Part shown: positions 1 to 13,276 of the stretch, piece after piece
Layout: each line of letters begins with the position of its first letter
Position numbering within the stretch: position 1 is the stretch's first letter
NCBI RefSeq assembly: GCF_006345805.1
Contig: NC_043006.1
Location: 59,272,001 to 59,336,000, forward strand
Source: Octopus sinensis
Lineage: Eukaryota
Length of the DNA stretch: 64,000 nt
Direction: 5' to 3'
The notes under the pieces: generated by a model
What the model was told of the DNA's origin: nothing
What the model saw: the letters and a program-made list of their open reading frames with translations, nothing else
Databases searched by the model: none
Made by a program: the position numbers and the translations under genes

Positions 1-162
1 TCCGTTTGTCTGTCCTTGTTTGTCCCCTCTGTGTTTAGCCCCTTGTGGGCAGCAAAGAAATAGGTATTTCATCCGCCTTTAACGTTCTGAGTTCAAATTC
101 CGCCGAGGTCGAATTTGCCTTTCAGCATTTCGGGGTCGATGAAATGAGTACCAGTTACGCAT
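1..162 (+). mobile_element. SINE family X fragments (tail of one copy plus body of another)
   Basis: GTTCTGAGTTCAAATTCCGCCGAGGTCGA...GGGGTCGAT...AGTACCAGTT body and TTAGCCCCTTGTGGG tail recur many times in the window. Confidence 0.8.
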
Positions 163-195
163 ACACTGTGTGTGTGCGTGTGTATATGTATTTAC

Positions 196-408
196 TTTCT
201 TTTACTTGTTCTAGTCATTTTGACTGCGGCCATGCTGGAGCACCGCCTTTAGTCGAGCAAATCCACATCAGGACTTATTCCTTGTAAGCCTAGTATTTAT
301 TCTATCGTTCTCTTTTGCCGAACCACTAAGTTACGGGGACGTAAACATACCAGCATCGGTTGTCAAGCGATGTTGGGGAGACATACACACACACACAAAC
401 ATATACAC

Positions 409-443
<35 letters not shown>

Positions 444-660
444 TATATAATATATATATATATATACATACATATATATATACATATATACATATATACG
501 ACAGGCTTCTTTCAGTTTTCGTCTATCAAATCCACTCACAAGGCTTTAGTAGAAGACTCGAGGCTATAGTAGAAGACACTTGCCCAAGGTGCCATGCAGT
601 GGGACTGAACCCGGAACCATGTAGTTGATAAGCAAGCTACTTCCCATACAGCCACTCCTG
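196..660 (-). mobile_element. tRNA-derived SINE family K (head CAGGAGTGGCTGTG-GGTAAG) with internal (AT)/(AC) microsatellite
   Basis: Close homology to 12468-12870, 23443-23868 and 56544-56965; minus-strand head has A/B-box-like GTGGCTGTG..GG and GGTTCAGTCCC. Confidence 0.85.
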
Positions 661-1353
661 CACCTATGTATATATATATATATTCTCTTGCAGCTCTTCT
701 AACATCATCTATTGCCTGAACTGTACACTTTGCGGCTTTTTATATGTTGGACAGTCACACACACAAACGCAGCAACACACACTGCACTCACAAACACATC
801 ACCTAGCCTACCACCAAGGCCATCTACTGCTAAGTCCTACAACTAATGCTAACCCTACAGCTACTAACATCTTAGATTCACTGTCTCTCACACAAACACT
901 CACATAAGCACAAACACACACGACTACATATAGTAGTATGCTACGCACAGCGCCCAAATATGTTACTCCCAGCACGCGCCCGCACAACACATAAAAATGC
1001 ATACATACACATATACATTCCACACAGACATTGGCCACTTTTGTACTCTCTTGCTTTCAAAAGCCACATTCTCTATATCCCTCCAAATTCTGGTTAGTTA
1101 TTTTTGGGCCATGTAACGACACACGTGCTTTTCTTCAGACTATCTACTCCTTCCTCCTTTTCCTCCTCTCTTGACATATTCCCTCTTTCTAACGAAGAGC
1201 CATGCTCGGAACGTTAATTTCCACTCTATTTTTTCCATCTCAAAACTTTCACTGAGTGTCAGTCTAATATATTCCCTGTGAACATTTGACTTCTGTTGCT
1301 TTTCCCAGTTTTATTTCTCTCCCCTCTGTCTGTCTCTGCCTCTCTCTGCATAC

Positions 1354-1405
<52 letters not shown>

Positions 1406-1535
1406 ATATAATATATATATATATATAAAGTGTACTTAAAGAAAGAACACTCATGTCTAGACTTTTTGATAGTAGGTCAGTAGATCAGCTCTGACCTTTT
1501 GTCTAAAACAATATCAATGTTGAAAGAAGTTTTAA

Positions 1536-1850
1536 TCAACTTAAGATGGGTGCCATCCATCTTCTGAAGCAGTTTTTAATATATTTTTCTTTCCCAATCC
1601 TCCCAGCAATTATTGTGTTCATCTCTTCTCCATCGTGTTCATCCCGAATGTACGAATGTAATACGTAGTTAACCAGAGTTTCGTCGTCACATCTGGTATA
1701 GTGTAATATTGACGAGAAAGATTCGTCAGAGAGCAGAACCACCAGAATCAATACGATATCTGGGTTGGGTAGTTGAAAGAGGTAAGATTTTAAATCAGAC
1801 AGTATGAAAACTAATTTCGAGGCGGTGAAAAATATAATATTGCTAGAGCC
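1536..1850 (-). other. Unique open frame of about 105 codons, possible exon; product unknown
   Basis: Minus frame SDLKSYLFQLPNPDIVLILVVLLSDESFSSILHYTRCDDETLVNYVLHSYIRDE...WMAPILS* in non-repetitive DNA; a competing plus-strand reading (1677-1781, donor GTAAGA) exists. Confidence 0.2.
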
Positions 1851-2037
1851 ACAACAACATCAACAATAACAACAAGAACAAGAACAACAAGAACAAGAAC
1901 AAAAAGAAGAACAACAACAATAACAACAAATCTAGCAAGTTGAGGCAATAGCTGCAACAGTAATCACAGCAAATAATGCAATATAAAGAACACAACAGCT
2001 AATATGAAATCAACTTCAGCTGCAACAGCAGCAGTAA

Positions 2038-2076
<39 letters not shown>

Positions 2077-2830
2077 CGGCTAATATACAATGCAACAGCT
2101 AAACCAACAGTAACAACAAAACAAAATAGAACAGTTATTACCGTAATAAAAAAAAACAATAATAACAATTTTAACAGTAACAACAACAGTTAATACAACA
2201 ATATGGACAACCACAGCCGTAGTATCAAATAAGTTTGGAATTGCTACATACAGCCTGATGATATAGTCTTCCTTAATTATATTATTAATTAACATAATTA
2301 CTCTCCGCTGGATTTTTATCTCTTATCTAATTTGCTTATTTTCTATTGACGGGAAAAACATTAAAACTTGCTTTACGACGATGACAGATAATGATGATGA
2401 TGTTGATGATAAGGATAACGGAACGACGTTGTTGATGCCGGAGAAGTGGGATACGATGTAATAACGATGGCGGCAATCATATGGATTTTGATTATAACGA
2501 TGTTGCTGCTGATGATGATGGTGATAATGATGGTGACGATGATGAGGTGAAGATGTTGATGAGGATAATGAGGATAATGGAATGAGGATGATAGAGAAAG
2601 AAGAAGTTGAAGATGACAGTGATGATGGTAATTATATGGGTATTGATGGTAATGATGGTGATAATAATTGTGTTGAGGAAAATGATAATAGTAATGATGA
2701 TGATGATGATGATGACAACGATGGTAATGGTGATAATTATGACAACGAGGATGATACTGATGTCTATGACGCAGACGATGTTAACGTGGACGATGGTATC
2801 TATGTTGATCATGATTTTTTAAAATTATAT
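1850..2830. repeat. Degenerate (AAC)n and (GAT)n low-complexity tracts
   Basis: Trinucleotide periodicity visible directly. Confidence 0.9.
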
Positions 2831-3607
2831 ATTTTTTAAGAAATATATATAAGTAAGAAATATATATAAGAAAGAAAAAGAAATAATAAGACTGAAAAAA
2901 AGAACAAAAACAGAAGAAAGCACAGTGGGTTAAATATTGCAGTAAACATACTAGTGAACGTTCGGAGATTTATAATATAAAGTAAGAAGACTCCCAGAAT
3001 TAAAATCAATAAACTTGTGGAAAGAATACGCACTGCAAAGGAAAACATCATAATATTTGACAATATAAAAATAACTTACCGCAAACATGTAACAATAACA
3101 CAATAATACAACATAACAAGCCACTACATAAAACGAATAAGACGCCACTAAAGACAACACAACATAGATATTTATATCTGCAATAAATGAAACCTGAAAC
3201 CAAAATATGACTATTATAGAATTCAACGCTCGCGGGCACTTACACGCACACACACACACACATATACAGGGTAGAACAGAAACTTTAAATGGATATAAGG
3301 TATGAGAACTAAAATCCAAAACTTGATGAAAACCGTAGACGTCCTCATGGAATCATTCAACAAGATACACAGCTGCATAAAATGTATACCCATATCTACA
3401 ACACACAGAATAAAAATGCACATAAGAGCAAAGCAACGATAGATAACATTGAGGACCGTCTGAAAGTCAACACCGAAAACTGAAGACAATATTACAAGAC
3501 CGCTAAACAAAGATCAACGTAAATTTACTCTTTCATAGAACTATTCGTACCTTTGTAGCTTGGATTACAAACGAACTAGCGACCCGTTCTGTGGAAGAAT
3601 AGGTATC

Positions 3608-3890
3608 ATTATCATCATCATTGTTCAACCGTGGTCGAAACAATGGAATTTACCATGCTACGTCAGACTTCACGGTCCATCATAGCATTACGGAGGTCCT
3701 GTTGCTGGATGCCTGTATCCCTGGAGATTACATCAGGGTAGGAGAGTGTGCGCCCTCTGGTATTGCGAGTAGATGGCTTCCAGAGGAGAAGAGTAGAAAT
3801 TGCCTCGTTTTCAGCTCTACATCAATATCCAGCAAACTGGACTCTCCTACCTTTCACAAGAGATGACACAGGTGGTAGTTTCCCATATAT
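3608..3890 (-). mobile_element. RTE-clade LINE 3' end with (GAT)n tail, degenerate
   Basis: Minus translation GKLPPVSSLVKGRRVQFAGY*CRAENEAISTLLLWKPSTRNTRGRTLSYPDVISRDTG...AMMDREV*R matches the RTE ORF C-terminus pattern (RRLxFAGH...LLW...RGR...Y.D...AMMDR..W). Confidence 0.8.
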
Positions 3891-5231
3891 TTGCATTTTG
3901 GTTGGATGACGCTTCCACGAGAGATTTTGAGCTTTTTTTTTCACGAGAGTAGATATAATAGTTCGCTCTTGTATTTAGTTGGCAAGATTCTTTATGAGAA
4001 TTCGTGCGTAAGAGCATATTTCATTGTGTATGATGAGAGACTCACTCATCGAAATATTGGCTATTTTTATGCCATGTCTATGATAAAAATCTAACAAGAC
4101 TTATTTGAATTGTTGTGAACTCTTGTAGTTAGTATGAAGGATTAGCTTGTGTGAATCTTAAGTCGTAATTCTCAACGACAAAATGACTTTACTTTCCAAT
4201 TGTACTATGAACGTTAAATGTACATAAATAAACTAATGTAGCGATTATTCTCTCTTTCTTCACGTTCTTCAACTTGTTAATGAAATTTATTTCTGCAATT
4301 ATGAAACTCTGTATTTTTTATATAACGGTTAAAAGAACACGAATTTATTTATCTTCAACATAAATGCACGCATAAAAAAATGTCCGTTAGCGTTTCAGAG
4401 TATATATTTCTCGCTAAGGCGTTTATGTAGCTAAAGTCAGGATTTATGCATAATGATAACTCTTATAAGTTATAAGTGACGTGTTTATCAATATATATTC
4501 CTACATCTTATATTAACCCTCTTTTCTCTACGCAATATAAAGCGTCACTGGACAAATCAACCAACCAAGCTATTATTATATAGAGATACAATCACACCCA
4601 ACACATATCAATTATTCTGCCAATGAGCCACTAGTTCAACTTTTAAGAATCGGAAATCTCATGTCGTCTCTACGTGAAAAGTGAGGTTCTTATCTTTCCT
4701 GGTTTGCTTCTGATGAAATTAAAAATTTTTTTTTGGTTTTCAGCTTCTTGTCTTCCTACCCTCTCGGATCGTCTGGAATTTTTTTTCCCAATTACCGTCA
4801 CTTCTCTTTTGTTGTATGCCGATAGTGTAACATTGCCAGGTATGGTAAGTAGATGGATTACCATGTTAATGGCTTCCGGGGCCCAAGAGACTTTCATTCC
4901 TGCAGTGACTTCTTCATAATTTCCATTGTGATCTGGGATCTGTTGTTGTTACTATGACATATATTCTTCCTCATCTTTTCCGGCCGTGGCTGAAGGAAGG
5001 AATCCGCTTAAACTGAGACCGGGATGTTCTCCTCAGGTGATTCCGGTGCTTCGATTGTTAGCACTTCCATAACATCAGCATTTTCTGAGATTTGCTGTCG
5101 ATGACTGCAATTTTATTTCCTCTTTCTTTTGCTGGTCCTGTGGACAGGAAGAACTTAAACTATTTTTACTACCGCTTTCAGAGCAATTAGGCATCCATTC
5201 CAACACTTCTAGTTTTAACATTTCATATTCT

Positions 5232-5445
5232 CGATAGGACAGCCATTTAATTGCAACGAACAACTTGATTTTGATTTCGCCTGGGCAATTGGAGTTCCAG
5301 ACATTCCTTAGTTTGTGACAGGTTGTTCATGTTTGATCTTGATGTTTGTTTCTGAACTGCTCACCAAACCACCTATGTACTTGAAGTTTTCAACAAAATT
5401 TAGTCTGTTTCTCTGACCTTCGAGTGTCATTAGAATCTGTAATCC
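5232..5445 (-). mobile_element. RTE-clade LINE RT thumb fragment, frameshifted
   Basis: VENFKYIGGLVSSSETNIKIK then CHKLRNVWNSNCPGEIKIKLFVA resembles FKYLGS...KLxKIWKS...KIRLF. Confidence 0.75.
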
Positions 5446-6562
5446 ATGAAGATCTCACTCCCACCATGTGTCCTTCCCGGCGATTTCGACACGTACTACT
5501 TGTCCATACTGTATCACAAGGCCAAGGAACAACACTGTGACCCTAGTATATCGTGGACGTAATCGCTGTTTGACCAATGTATGACTTGGTTAGGTGTTTG
5601 ACGTACAAATCGACCAATTCCTTCGGCCTGCCATTTGTTTTTAAAAAGAACAGACGCACGGTAGCTCTTAGTGCAGCTATGGATATCGCCTCACACGTCA
5701 GCTAGGGCTAGCATTAATTATTTCTTTGAAGACATGAAAAACATTTCCGTTTTTGGTAATACATATTCATAAATCTTCCCGTTTTTACCCGTTTCTTCAA
5801 TAAAAATTTGTGCTTGCTTTTGTTGTAAAATATTGTCAAACAGATGTCTTCTCGGTTAGTTTGTTGATATTCAAAATCTGTATAGTATTACAAGCAAACG
5901 TAAAACTGTTTTTTCTTGCCCGTTATATTTTTTCTTATTTTTTGAAAAAAAAAAAACACGTTTTCCTGTGTGCATTATTGTTATTAAACGAAGCGTCAAT
6001 TTCGGTAACTTCGCTAATATTTAAACTAAAAAGAGGAATATCATTATTTTCTTTGTAAAAATGTTTGTATTTTCTTCCATCTTTTTTGTTCACTAGGTTT
6101 CTTTTGTTTCTCTTCTGTGTCCTTTTTTTGTATAAATCTAGGGGTTTGCCTTTTACGGAGGCGTATTTCACTGACATGTCTGTGTTTAATATCACTTTAA
6201 CTGAAAAAGCTGTTCAATTTTTTACGCTTAAAAAGTTAATAAGCGAGAAAAATTATCGGTTTCACACAAGAGCTGTTCAAAATGTCTGTTTTTATTTTCT
6301 GTTACTAAGCAAGAAGAACTGAAAGAAATTTAACATTTCTTAAGTTTATTACAAAATAGATAAAACCGGAAAAAAAAACATCTATATTTTGAAAAATATT
6401 CATGTGAGGCTAATCCATAATGAGGCTACTGAGAAGGAAAAGAGTTGTCAACGAATAAAAGAAGTTGACAATTTCTCCTGCTGCAGCTACTACTGGTAGT
6501 AGTAGTAGTAGTAGTAGTAGTTGTGTTGTTGTTGTTGTTGTTGTTGTTGTTTCAAATTTTGG

Positions 6563-6765
6563 TACAAGGCCAGCAAGTTCGGTGGGGGGGGAAGCGAAGT
6601 CGGTTACATCGAACCCAGTGATCAACTATACTTACTTTATCGACCCCAAAAAATGATAAAAGGCAAAGTCAGCCTCGGAGGAATTTGAGATAAGAACGCA
6701 AAGATGGACGAAACGACGTTAAGCATTTTGCCTGGCATGCTAACGATTCTGTTGACTCGGCCCCT
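6563..6765 (-). mobile_element. SINE family X copy
   Basis: Reverse complement of family X head and body, tail GGCCTTGTACCAAAATTTGAAAC. Confidence 0.75.
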
Positions 6766-6819
6766 TAATAACAGCAACAACAACAACAATAACAATAATA
6801 AAAAAAAAAATTTTTTTTA

Positions 6820-6849
<30 letters not shown>

Positions 6850-6853
<4 letters not shown>

Positions 6854-7290
6854 TCCTTGATGCAGTTCAAGACAGTGGCACTCATAGCTTTTGATCTTAA
6901 TTGATTGGAAGTGTTATCATGTACAAAATTTGTCTTGGTGTAAAAGCTGGCCTACAGCAAATATTCTGCTCAATAACACAAATTTGCTTGCCAGTTACTT
7001 GATCTTAACCATTTGAGCATGTCCTTTGGTGACTGATGATACGTGTGTTCCTGATCATGAGCGGGAGTAGAGGGTGTCTATCGTAGCCATGTGTTAAGAG
7101 GAATTCTTTGGAGTTTGAATACTTCACCTCTGGAAATATGGGTGTTTCGTTCGTCATCCTTAAATAACCCCCTATTCGGGGACTTTTTGAGTGGGATGGG
7201 CAACTCGACCTGAAAAAAATTGTAACTGGGTTCCACCTGCAAAGTCATGCACTGTCTATGTTAATATGAGATCTTCATGTCGCGCACTAT
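6850..7290. repeat. Interspersed repeat of unknown class; overlapping segment also at 33107-33280
   Basis: AAGTCATGCACTGT...ATATGAGATCTTCATGTCGCGCAC matches AAGGTCATGTGTTG...ATATGAGATCACCATGCCCAGCAC at 33107. Confidence 0.55.
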
Positions 7291-7299
7291 TTATGCGGT

Positions 7300-7700
7300 C
7301 TACATCACTATTTACGACATCAATGGCTCCAATCTCATGAAGCGTCCAGTCAAGCAGCCCAAATGTTGGTATGAGTGCTAGTACTGCAAGCACATTGTGG
7401 GCCTTTGTTTTATTGCATGCAGAGAGTCCAAATTTTCTTTATTCGACTGTAATATTCTTTAGCGACACGTGTTTTGTCACAGGTGCCAATGTAACATATA
7501 TTTTCATAACCACCCCTTGATGCCTGTAACATTCCTCGTCAAATATAGGGGAAACAGCCAAATCATTGATAGAGATGTTACTAGAATGGTTTATAGTTGT
7601 CCCTCTTTTCACAACCATATAACAGCATTTATCCTGACCAAACTCCAAACCCACATCCTTTGAGAATGTTGTAACTACGTCAAGGCTCTTTTTTATTATG
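7300..7700 (-). mobile_element. R4/Dong-like (RLE-class) LINE, RT C-terminal fragment
   Basis: KSLDVVTTFSKDVGLEFGQDKCCYMVVKRG and LSACNKTKAHNVLAVLALIPTFGLLDWTLHEI are characteristic late-RT motifs (FSxDIGMxFGLDKC). Confidence 0.8.
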
Positions 7701-7704
7701 TGTG

Positions 7705-7790
7705 TATGTGTGTATGTATGTATGTATGTATGTATGTATGTATGTATGTATGTATGTATGTATGTATGTATGTATGCATGTATGTATGTG
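7705..7790. repeat. (TATG)n microsatellite
   Basis: Direct observation. Confidence 0.95.
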
Positions 7791-9059
7791 TATAATGCTG
7801 TATATAGAAGGTCGAAGGTTGCATGTAGGACTCGAAACCACTGGTTTTCAAACATCGGACCAAAACTATCTTTGAAATATTTCTATCCACTTTAGAAACT
7901 TTATTCCTACGGGTAAGAATCGTATGTTGCTGATGTCATAAGAATTTAGAAACCTCTAGATGAACGTGAAATATCTTTCTTCTTTTGTTTGGAACACTGA
8001 AGCTCGAAGCATATATAATCCTATAAATAATAGCGTGTAAATATTGGGTCAAAAATCCTTTGGGCAGCGAAAGGCGAAGGCTGCCCGTATTATTATCATT
8101 AACTTTGTAACTAAGGCGACGAGCTGACAGGTAGCACGCTGGTTAAAATGCTTAGTGGCATTTCGTCCGTCTTTACGTTCTGGTATCAAATGCCGCCGGT
8201 GCTGATTTCGGGATCGTTAATATAAGCAGCGGTTGAGCACTGGAGTCGACAGAATCGACGGACTCCTCCCCTAAAATGCTGCCCTTGTACCAAAATTTGA
8301 AACCATTATTAATTTCGTAACAGCGTATTTTCTTAAGAAATGTATTATAAATTGTATGTCTCCATTCCTTTCTTGTCAGTTAGCCGTCGCGTGGCTGATT
8401 TTGCTTCGTTTAATTTCATTAGTTTTCTTTTCCGAGTCGTCCACAATTACTCTAAGTTTCGCCCTTTTATTGTTATGTATGTAAGCTGTCATTTACTTCT
8501 CAATTAGCCAAAAATCTGATACCTGGAGGAGAGTGTTAAAAACGTGCAAGGAAGTCTTAATTACCAGAGTTGATTTCAAGCCAACTGTTCTACGTCATTT
8601 TATTCTCAAATGTAGTAGGATTTGGACGTATGTAATTCAGTGTGGTGAAAAATATCGGTCAACGAAGATTTTATCCGAACTATTAATAAAAATTTTTAAA
8701 AACTGTTTAAAATATTGTTTGAATTTAAAAAAAAAAAGAAAAAGAGAAAGAAAATAGAAGCAAGGGATATAAATTTGAGAGGTTCAGTGGATCTAATTGT
8801 TTTATCAATATAGACGACGCAGATAGGTACGGATGTGCTCTTTACAATAAACTGATTAGTATATACACGGTGCATAGTTATATATTTGAATAAACATTTG
8901 TGCAATGTGGGTCCGAAACCGCTGGCATGCTAACATTATATGATTCGTATTTATTTCAGACATCACCTGGACAATGGCGGCCTTCAGTGAAGCTATGTTA
9001 TTATGAGGACGGCCTTCAGTGAAGATATGTTATTATGAGGATGAAGATTAGTTTTCCTT

Positions 9060-10012
9060 TCAACAGCGCTCCACATTTAGTAATCTATGGGGTTCAAATC
9101 TGGCAAGTTTGGAGGCCACATATTGGGTGTTATATAATCGTAAAGATTGTCTGACAACCGTTCTTGGGTGACTAGGACTTTGTAAGAATGTACTGAGTCT
9201 TGTTGAAATAGCCTTCCATTTCGTACTTCATCAATCCAGGACTTGATAATAATTTCCAGTACCTCAATGTTTCCAGCAGCAATAATTCTAAGACCCTGTG
9301 GAAAAAAGTGGGGAGGCATTATATGACCTTCTCTAATCCTAAAAACCACCACAGTTGCTGGAATTTTCCTGTGCATCACTCTAGGTACTTCAGAAGAATT
9401 TGCACATAACCACCTGTCATTTCTTCTATTAGACTTTTGATCCTGATCAAAGATATTGTCAGAGAAAAACCAAAGTATGCTTTGTTCATGAGAGTATTTC
9501 ACTTTGTTAAGTAACCGTTTTCAACGGATGAGACGGTTTTCCTGTGTCTTTGCTGACACGAATTTGCCTTTCCTCATTACATAGGACTTGTATCGAATGT
9601 CACGATGTACCACGCATCTGATAGTCCACTCTGACACCCGCAGGTCTTTAGCAATGGACCTCATTAATCTTCTGGTGTTTTCATCGATAATGTTTTGAAC
9701 ATGTATAAATTCCATTATCCTTTTAGTGTCTGAACGTTGTGAATGTTTCTTTCTCTTCGATACAGGTGAAACATTACCATCACATACTTCCAATTCCAAC
9801 CGAACTTTGTGTACAAATGATCTTGCAACATCTAGAAAGTTGCTAATTTCTAAATCACTGTGGTTTGCATGGATAGCAAATATGAATGCATGTCTTTTCC
9901 TTTCTTGAGTTAGCATATCTTGAAAGGGTTAGCTGAGAAAAAAGTTACATTAAACCATTTGAAGGTGTAATGAACTAAAAACGAAATGTACTCAAATACC
10001 CCTCGCACCCTG
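9060..10012 (-). mobile_element. Degenerate Tc1/mariner transposon, maT (DD37D)-like, one end retained
   Basis: HTH-like N-terminus (9521-9916) and catalytic part WFFSD...NRRNDRW...FQQDS...WPPNLPDLNPIDY (9077-9502) with stop and indels; terminus CAGGGTG followed by TA (10013-10014). Confidence 0.88.
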
Positions 10013-10328
10013 TATTGCGTCTGAACCCGCTTTGGCATATTACGTATTAATATGCAAATATCCGTTACACACACACACATACACACACATATGATGACTG
10101 CTCATATCATCACTTCACAACCCTATGCAACAGCCTATACATTGTTCGACTAAAACCCTTTAAGGCCGTGCTCCAGTATCGCCGCAGTCAAATCAAATGA
10201 CTAAAAGAAGTAAAAGAATAAAAGAAAAAAGAATATATCTGTATTATAAACAATTACTAACCCCTCAGAGCCCTAGTGTAGCTGAAAAGAGCAAGTTGTG
10301 CTGTTCACCCTGGTGGTACTTTATGTAT

Positions 10329-10714
10329 GTGGAGGCGCAATAGCCCAGTGGTTAGGGCAGCGGACTCGCGGTCGTAGGATCGCGGTTTCGATTTCCAGAC
10401 CGGGCGTTGTGAGTGTTTATTGAGCGAAAACACCTAAAGCTCCATGAGGCTCCGGCAGGGATGGTGGTGATCCCTGCTGTACTCTTTCACCACAACTTTC
10501 TCTCACTCTTACTTCCTGTTTCTGTTGTACCTGTATTTCAAAGGGCCGGCCTTGTCACTCTCTGTGTCACGCTGAATATCCCCGAGAACTACGTTAAGGG
10601 TACACGTGTCTGTAGAATGCTCAGCCACTTACACGTTAATTTCACGAGCAGGCTGTTCCGTTGATCGGATCAACCGGAACCCTCGTCGTCGTAACCGACG
10701 GAGTGCTTCCATCC
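10329..10714 (+). mobile_element. tRNA-derived SINE family R, full length, 11-bp TSD
   Basis: A-box TAGCCCAGTGG, B-box GGTTTCGATTTC; TSD ACTTTATGTAT at 10318-10328 and 10715-10725. Confidence 0.92.
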
Positions 10715-12323
10715 ACTTTATGTATACTTTATTTTTCTTTTCGTATCGGGATGTGGGAGTGATAAACTCAAGACTGTCTTGGAGGCACAAAAACTCAAAC
10801 TATGTCGTCGCGTCGCTTATGAGAGTGGAGGCTTGGCAGCATCGTCAGAATGCACAGACACTTCCTTGAAGTATTCGTTCTTTTGTCTTTCTTTTTACGT
10901 TCCGGGGGTTCAAATCCATTGTGCCTCAGTCAAGCTTTATATTTCATCCTCCCGCGATAGATAATATAAAATAAGGATCATGCTTTGAAGTGGATGTGAT
11001 CAACTGAATTCCTATCCCCAAATTTATGCCCTCGTGCTTATGTCAGAAATGATTATTTAGTTCGAAATAAAATGGAAGAAGCCACAACTCTTTCGGACAT
11101 TTCTAGGTTGGTATGAGTTCTTGTGCTTCAACTTTTGTAGCTTGATATCAGTGTGAGGTTTCAAAGGTTACAGAACTGATCAGGAAATATTGGACTTAAT
11201 GGATTTTTGCTGATTACAGGTCATGGTGAGCTGGTTGAATGCTATGTGTTTCACCATAGCTAGGTGTTGATTGATAGAACAGAACAGAAGGTACACAGTA
11301 CTAGTAATAGAATAAATAGGTGCAGGCAAGTCGAAGGACATCTTGGTACTAGTAGTTGTAGTGTGGTATTAATGGAAAATTTTTATCACCAACTGGATGC
11401 TTTTTATTTGGGTGCAGTAAATAGTGTGTGTGTATGTGTGTGCTGTGTGTGCGTGCGCGCTGGAGTTTGCTATCTGTATTCCATAAGTGAGCGATACGCT
11501 AATATTGGCTGCTCTTGTACCTTATAGAGAGAGACACTAAAAATCCATAACTGAAGTGTTTTCTGGACTTAAAATGGTAAACCTGTCATTTAAATCGTAA
11601 TATTGGTTCCTGGGGAAAATCACTTCTGTTAAATATTTGATACCATGGACACATTCCAACGGCACAAAGCAAATGGTTTATTAAGTCGGTAGTCTAATTA
11701 CTTGTCAAATCTCACTACAGCCATAACTTCGTGGATTACTACCTTTACCGAATTATTCATGACAACTACAAGGAGGAGCTATAATAATATTTTTTGGAAG
11801 AATCATTCCAAAAGTTATATTGTTTAACAAGGATTTATTTGAAAGAAGAAAAAGGTTGGATAGTTACTAATAATATGTTATGAATAATTACATGTTTAAC
11901 GTCGGTTTTAGCTGGCAGAGTCGACAGAATGAGAGGTAAATTATTCAGTTACGTCCGTTTGAATTATACGTTCTAAGGCAAGAATTTTTTTTTTTTTATA
12001 TTCTTACAAGATCGATTGGTACAAGTCAAGTTGTGGTCGATTTAGTTGACTATACGTTCTCTCCAAATGTGTGATCTTGAGCCAGTGTTAGTAAAAAATA
12101 ATACTATACCCAAAGGCAATCATAACAAATATGATAAAAACTTCTTTGCTGGGCACGTTTGTAGTTTTTCGTTTCGCTTTTATTCATGCACGTCCCGCAG
12201 CTTACATAACGTAGAGTCGATTTTTGTTTTCATCGTTCTTGAGTTGATCAAACAGCGTCAAACATTTGTGTTATTCTAATGAAGAACTATAATCTGTAGG
12301 TGCATGTAGCCTTGAATCAATAA

Positions 12324-12324
<1 letters not shown>

Positions 12325-12382
<58 letters not shown>

Positions 12383-12395
12383 ATCTATCTATCTA
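12325..12395. repeat. (ATCT)n microsatellite
   Basis: Direct observation. Confidence 0.95.
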
Positions 12396-12467
12396 TCTGC
12401 CTTGCTGCCTTGTCTGCCAGCTTGCTTGTCTGTCCGCGCCTGCCCGCCTGCCTACCTGCCTCTCTTT

Positions 12468-12870
12468 TACTCTTTTACTTGTTTCAGTCATTTGACTGCG
12501 GCCATGCTGGAGCACCGCCTTTGATCGAGCAACTCGACCCCGGAACTTATTCTTTGTAAGCCCAGTACTTATTCTATCGGTCTCTTTTGCCGAACCGCTA
12601 AGTGACGGGGACATAAACACACCAGCATCGGTTGTCAAGCAATGCTAGGGGGACAAACACAGACACACAAACACACACACATATACATACATATATATAT
12701 ATACATATATACGACGGGCTTCTTTCAGTTTCCGTCTACCAAATCCACTCACAAGGCTTTGGTCGGCCCGAGGCTATAGTAGAAGGCACTTGCCCAAGGT
12801 GCTACGCAGTGGGACCGAATCCAGAACCATGTGGTTGGTAAACAAGTTACTTACCACACAGCCACTCCTG
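12468..12870 (-). mobile_element. SINE family K copy
   Basis: Homologous to 196-660. Confidence 0.9.
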
Positions 12871-13149
12871 TGCCTGTGTTTATTTATGTAACTATCTAAG
12901 TACCTGTTTGTCAGATGGTCTGTATGTCTATATATATATATATGTTTATTATATCTGTTTGTTGTTGAATTGCAGTCATACTGGGGCACAGCCCTGAATT
13001 GTTTAGTCCCGCAAACTGACTGCAAACCTTATTTCAAATCTGATGCTCATTCTATCGCACCAATTTTATAGGACGGCTAGGTTACGAGGATCTAAACAAA
13101 CAGACACCAATTGTCAAATGGGGAGACAATAGACACCACTTTCTCTCTC

Positions 13150-13202
13150 TCACACACACACACACAGACACAGAGACACACAGACACACAGACACACACA
13201 CG

Positions 13203-13272
<70 letters not shown>
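13150..13272. repeat. (CA)n microsatellite
   Basis: Direct observation. Confidence 0.95.

Positions 13273-13276
<4 letters not shown>

Noticed and set aside
1185-1220. Hammerhead-like CTAACGA-A-GAGC-CAT-GCTC-GGAA-CG-TT
   Set aside because: Two core mutations and poor helix I; counted only as a fossil
1677-1781. IRYLGWVVER as a syntrophin PH-domain motif
   Set aside because: Only a few matching residues, upstream does not align, weak acceptor; no gene name justified
2492-2839. Asp-rich ORF resembling an acidic biomineral protein
   Set aside because: Degenerate (GAT)n open in several frames; no splice or start support
4744-4839. Possible 96-nt plus-strand exon
   Set aside because: Splice-like sites present, but it lies in probable retroelement debris and the peptide is unrecognisable
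5681-6416. Possible TIR pair GGATATCGCCTCACACG / CATGTGAGGCTAATCC
   Set aside because: Short, imperfect, no TSD and no second copy
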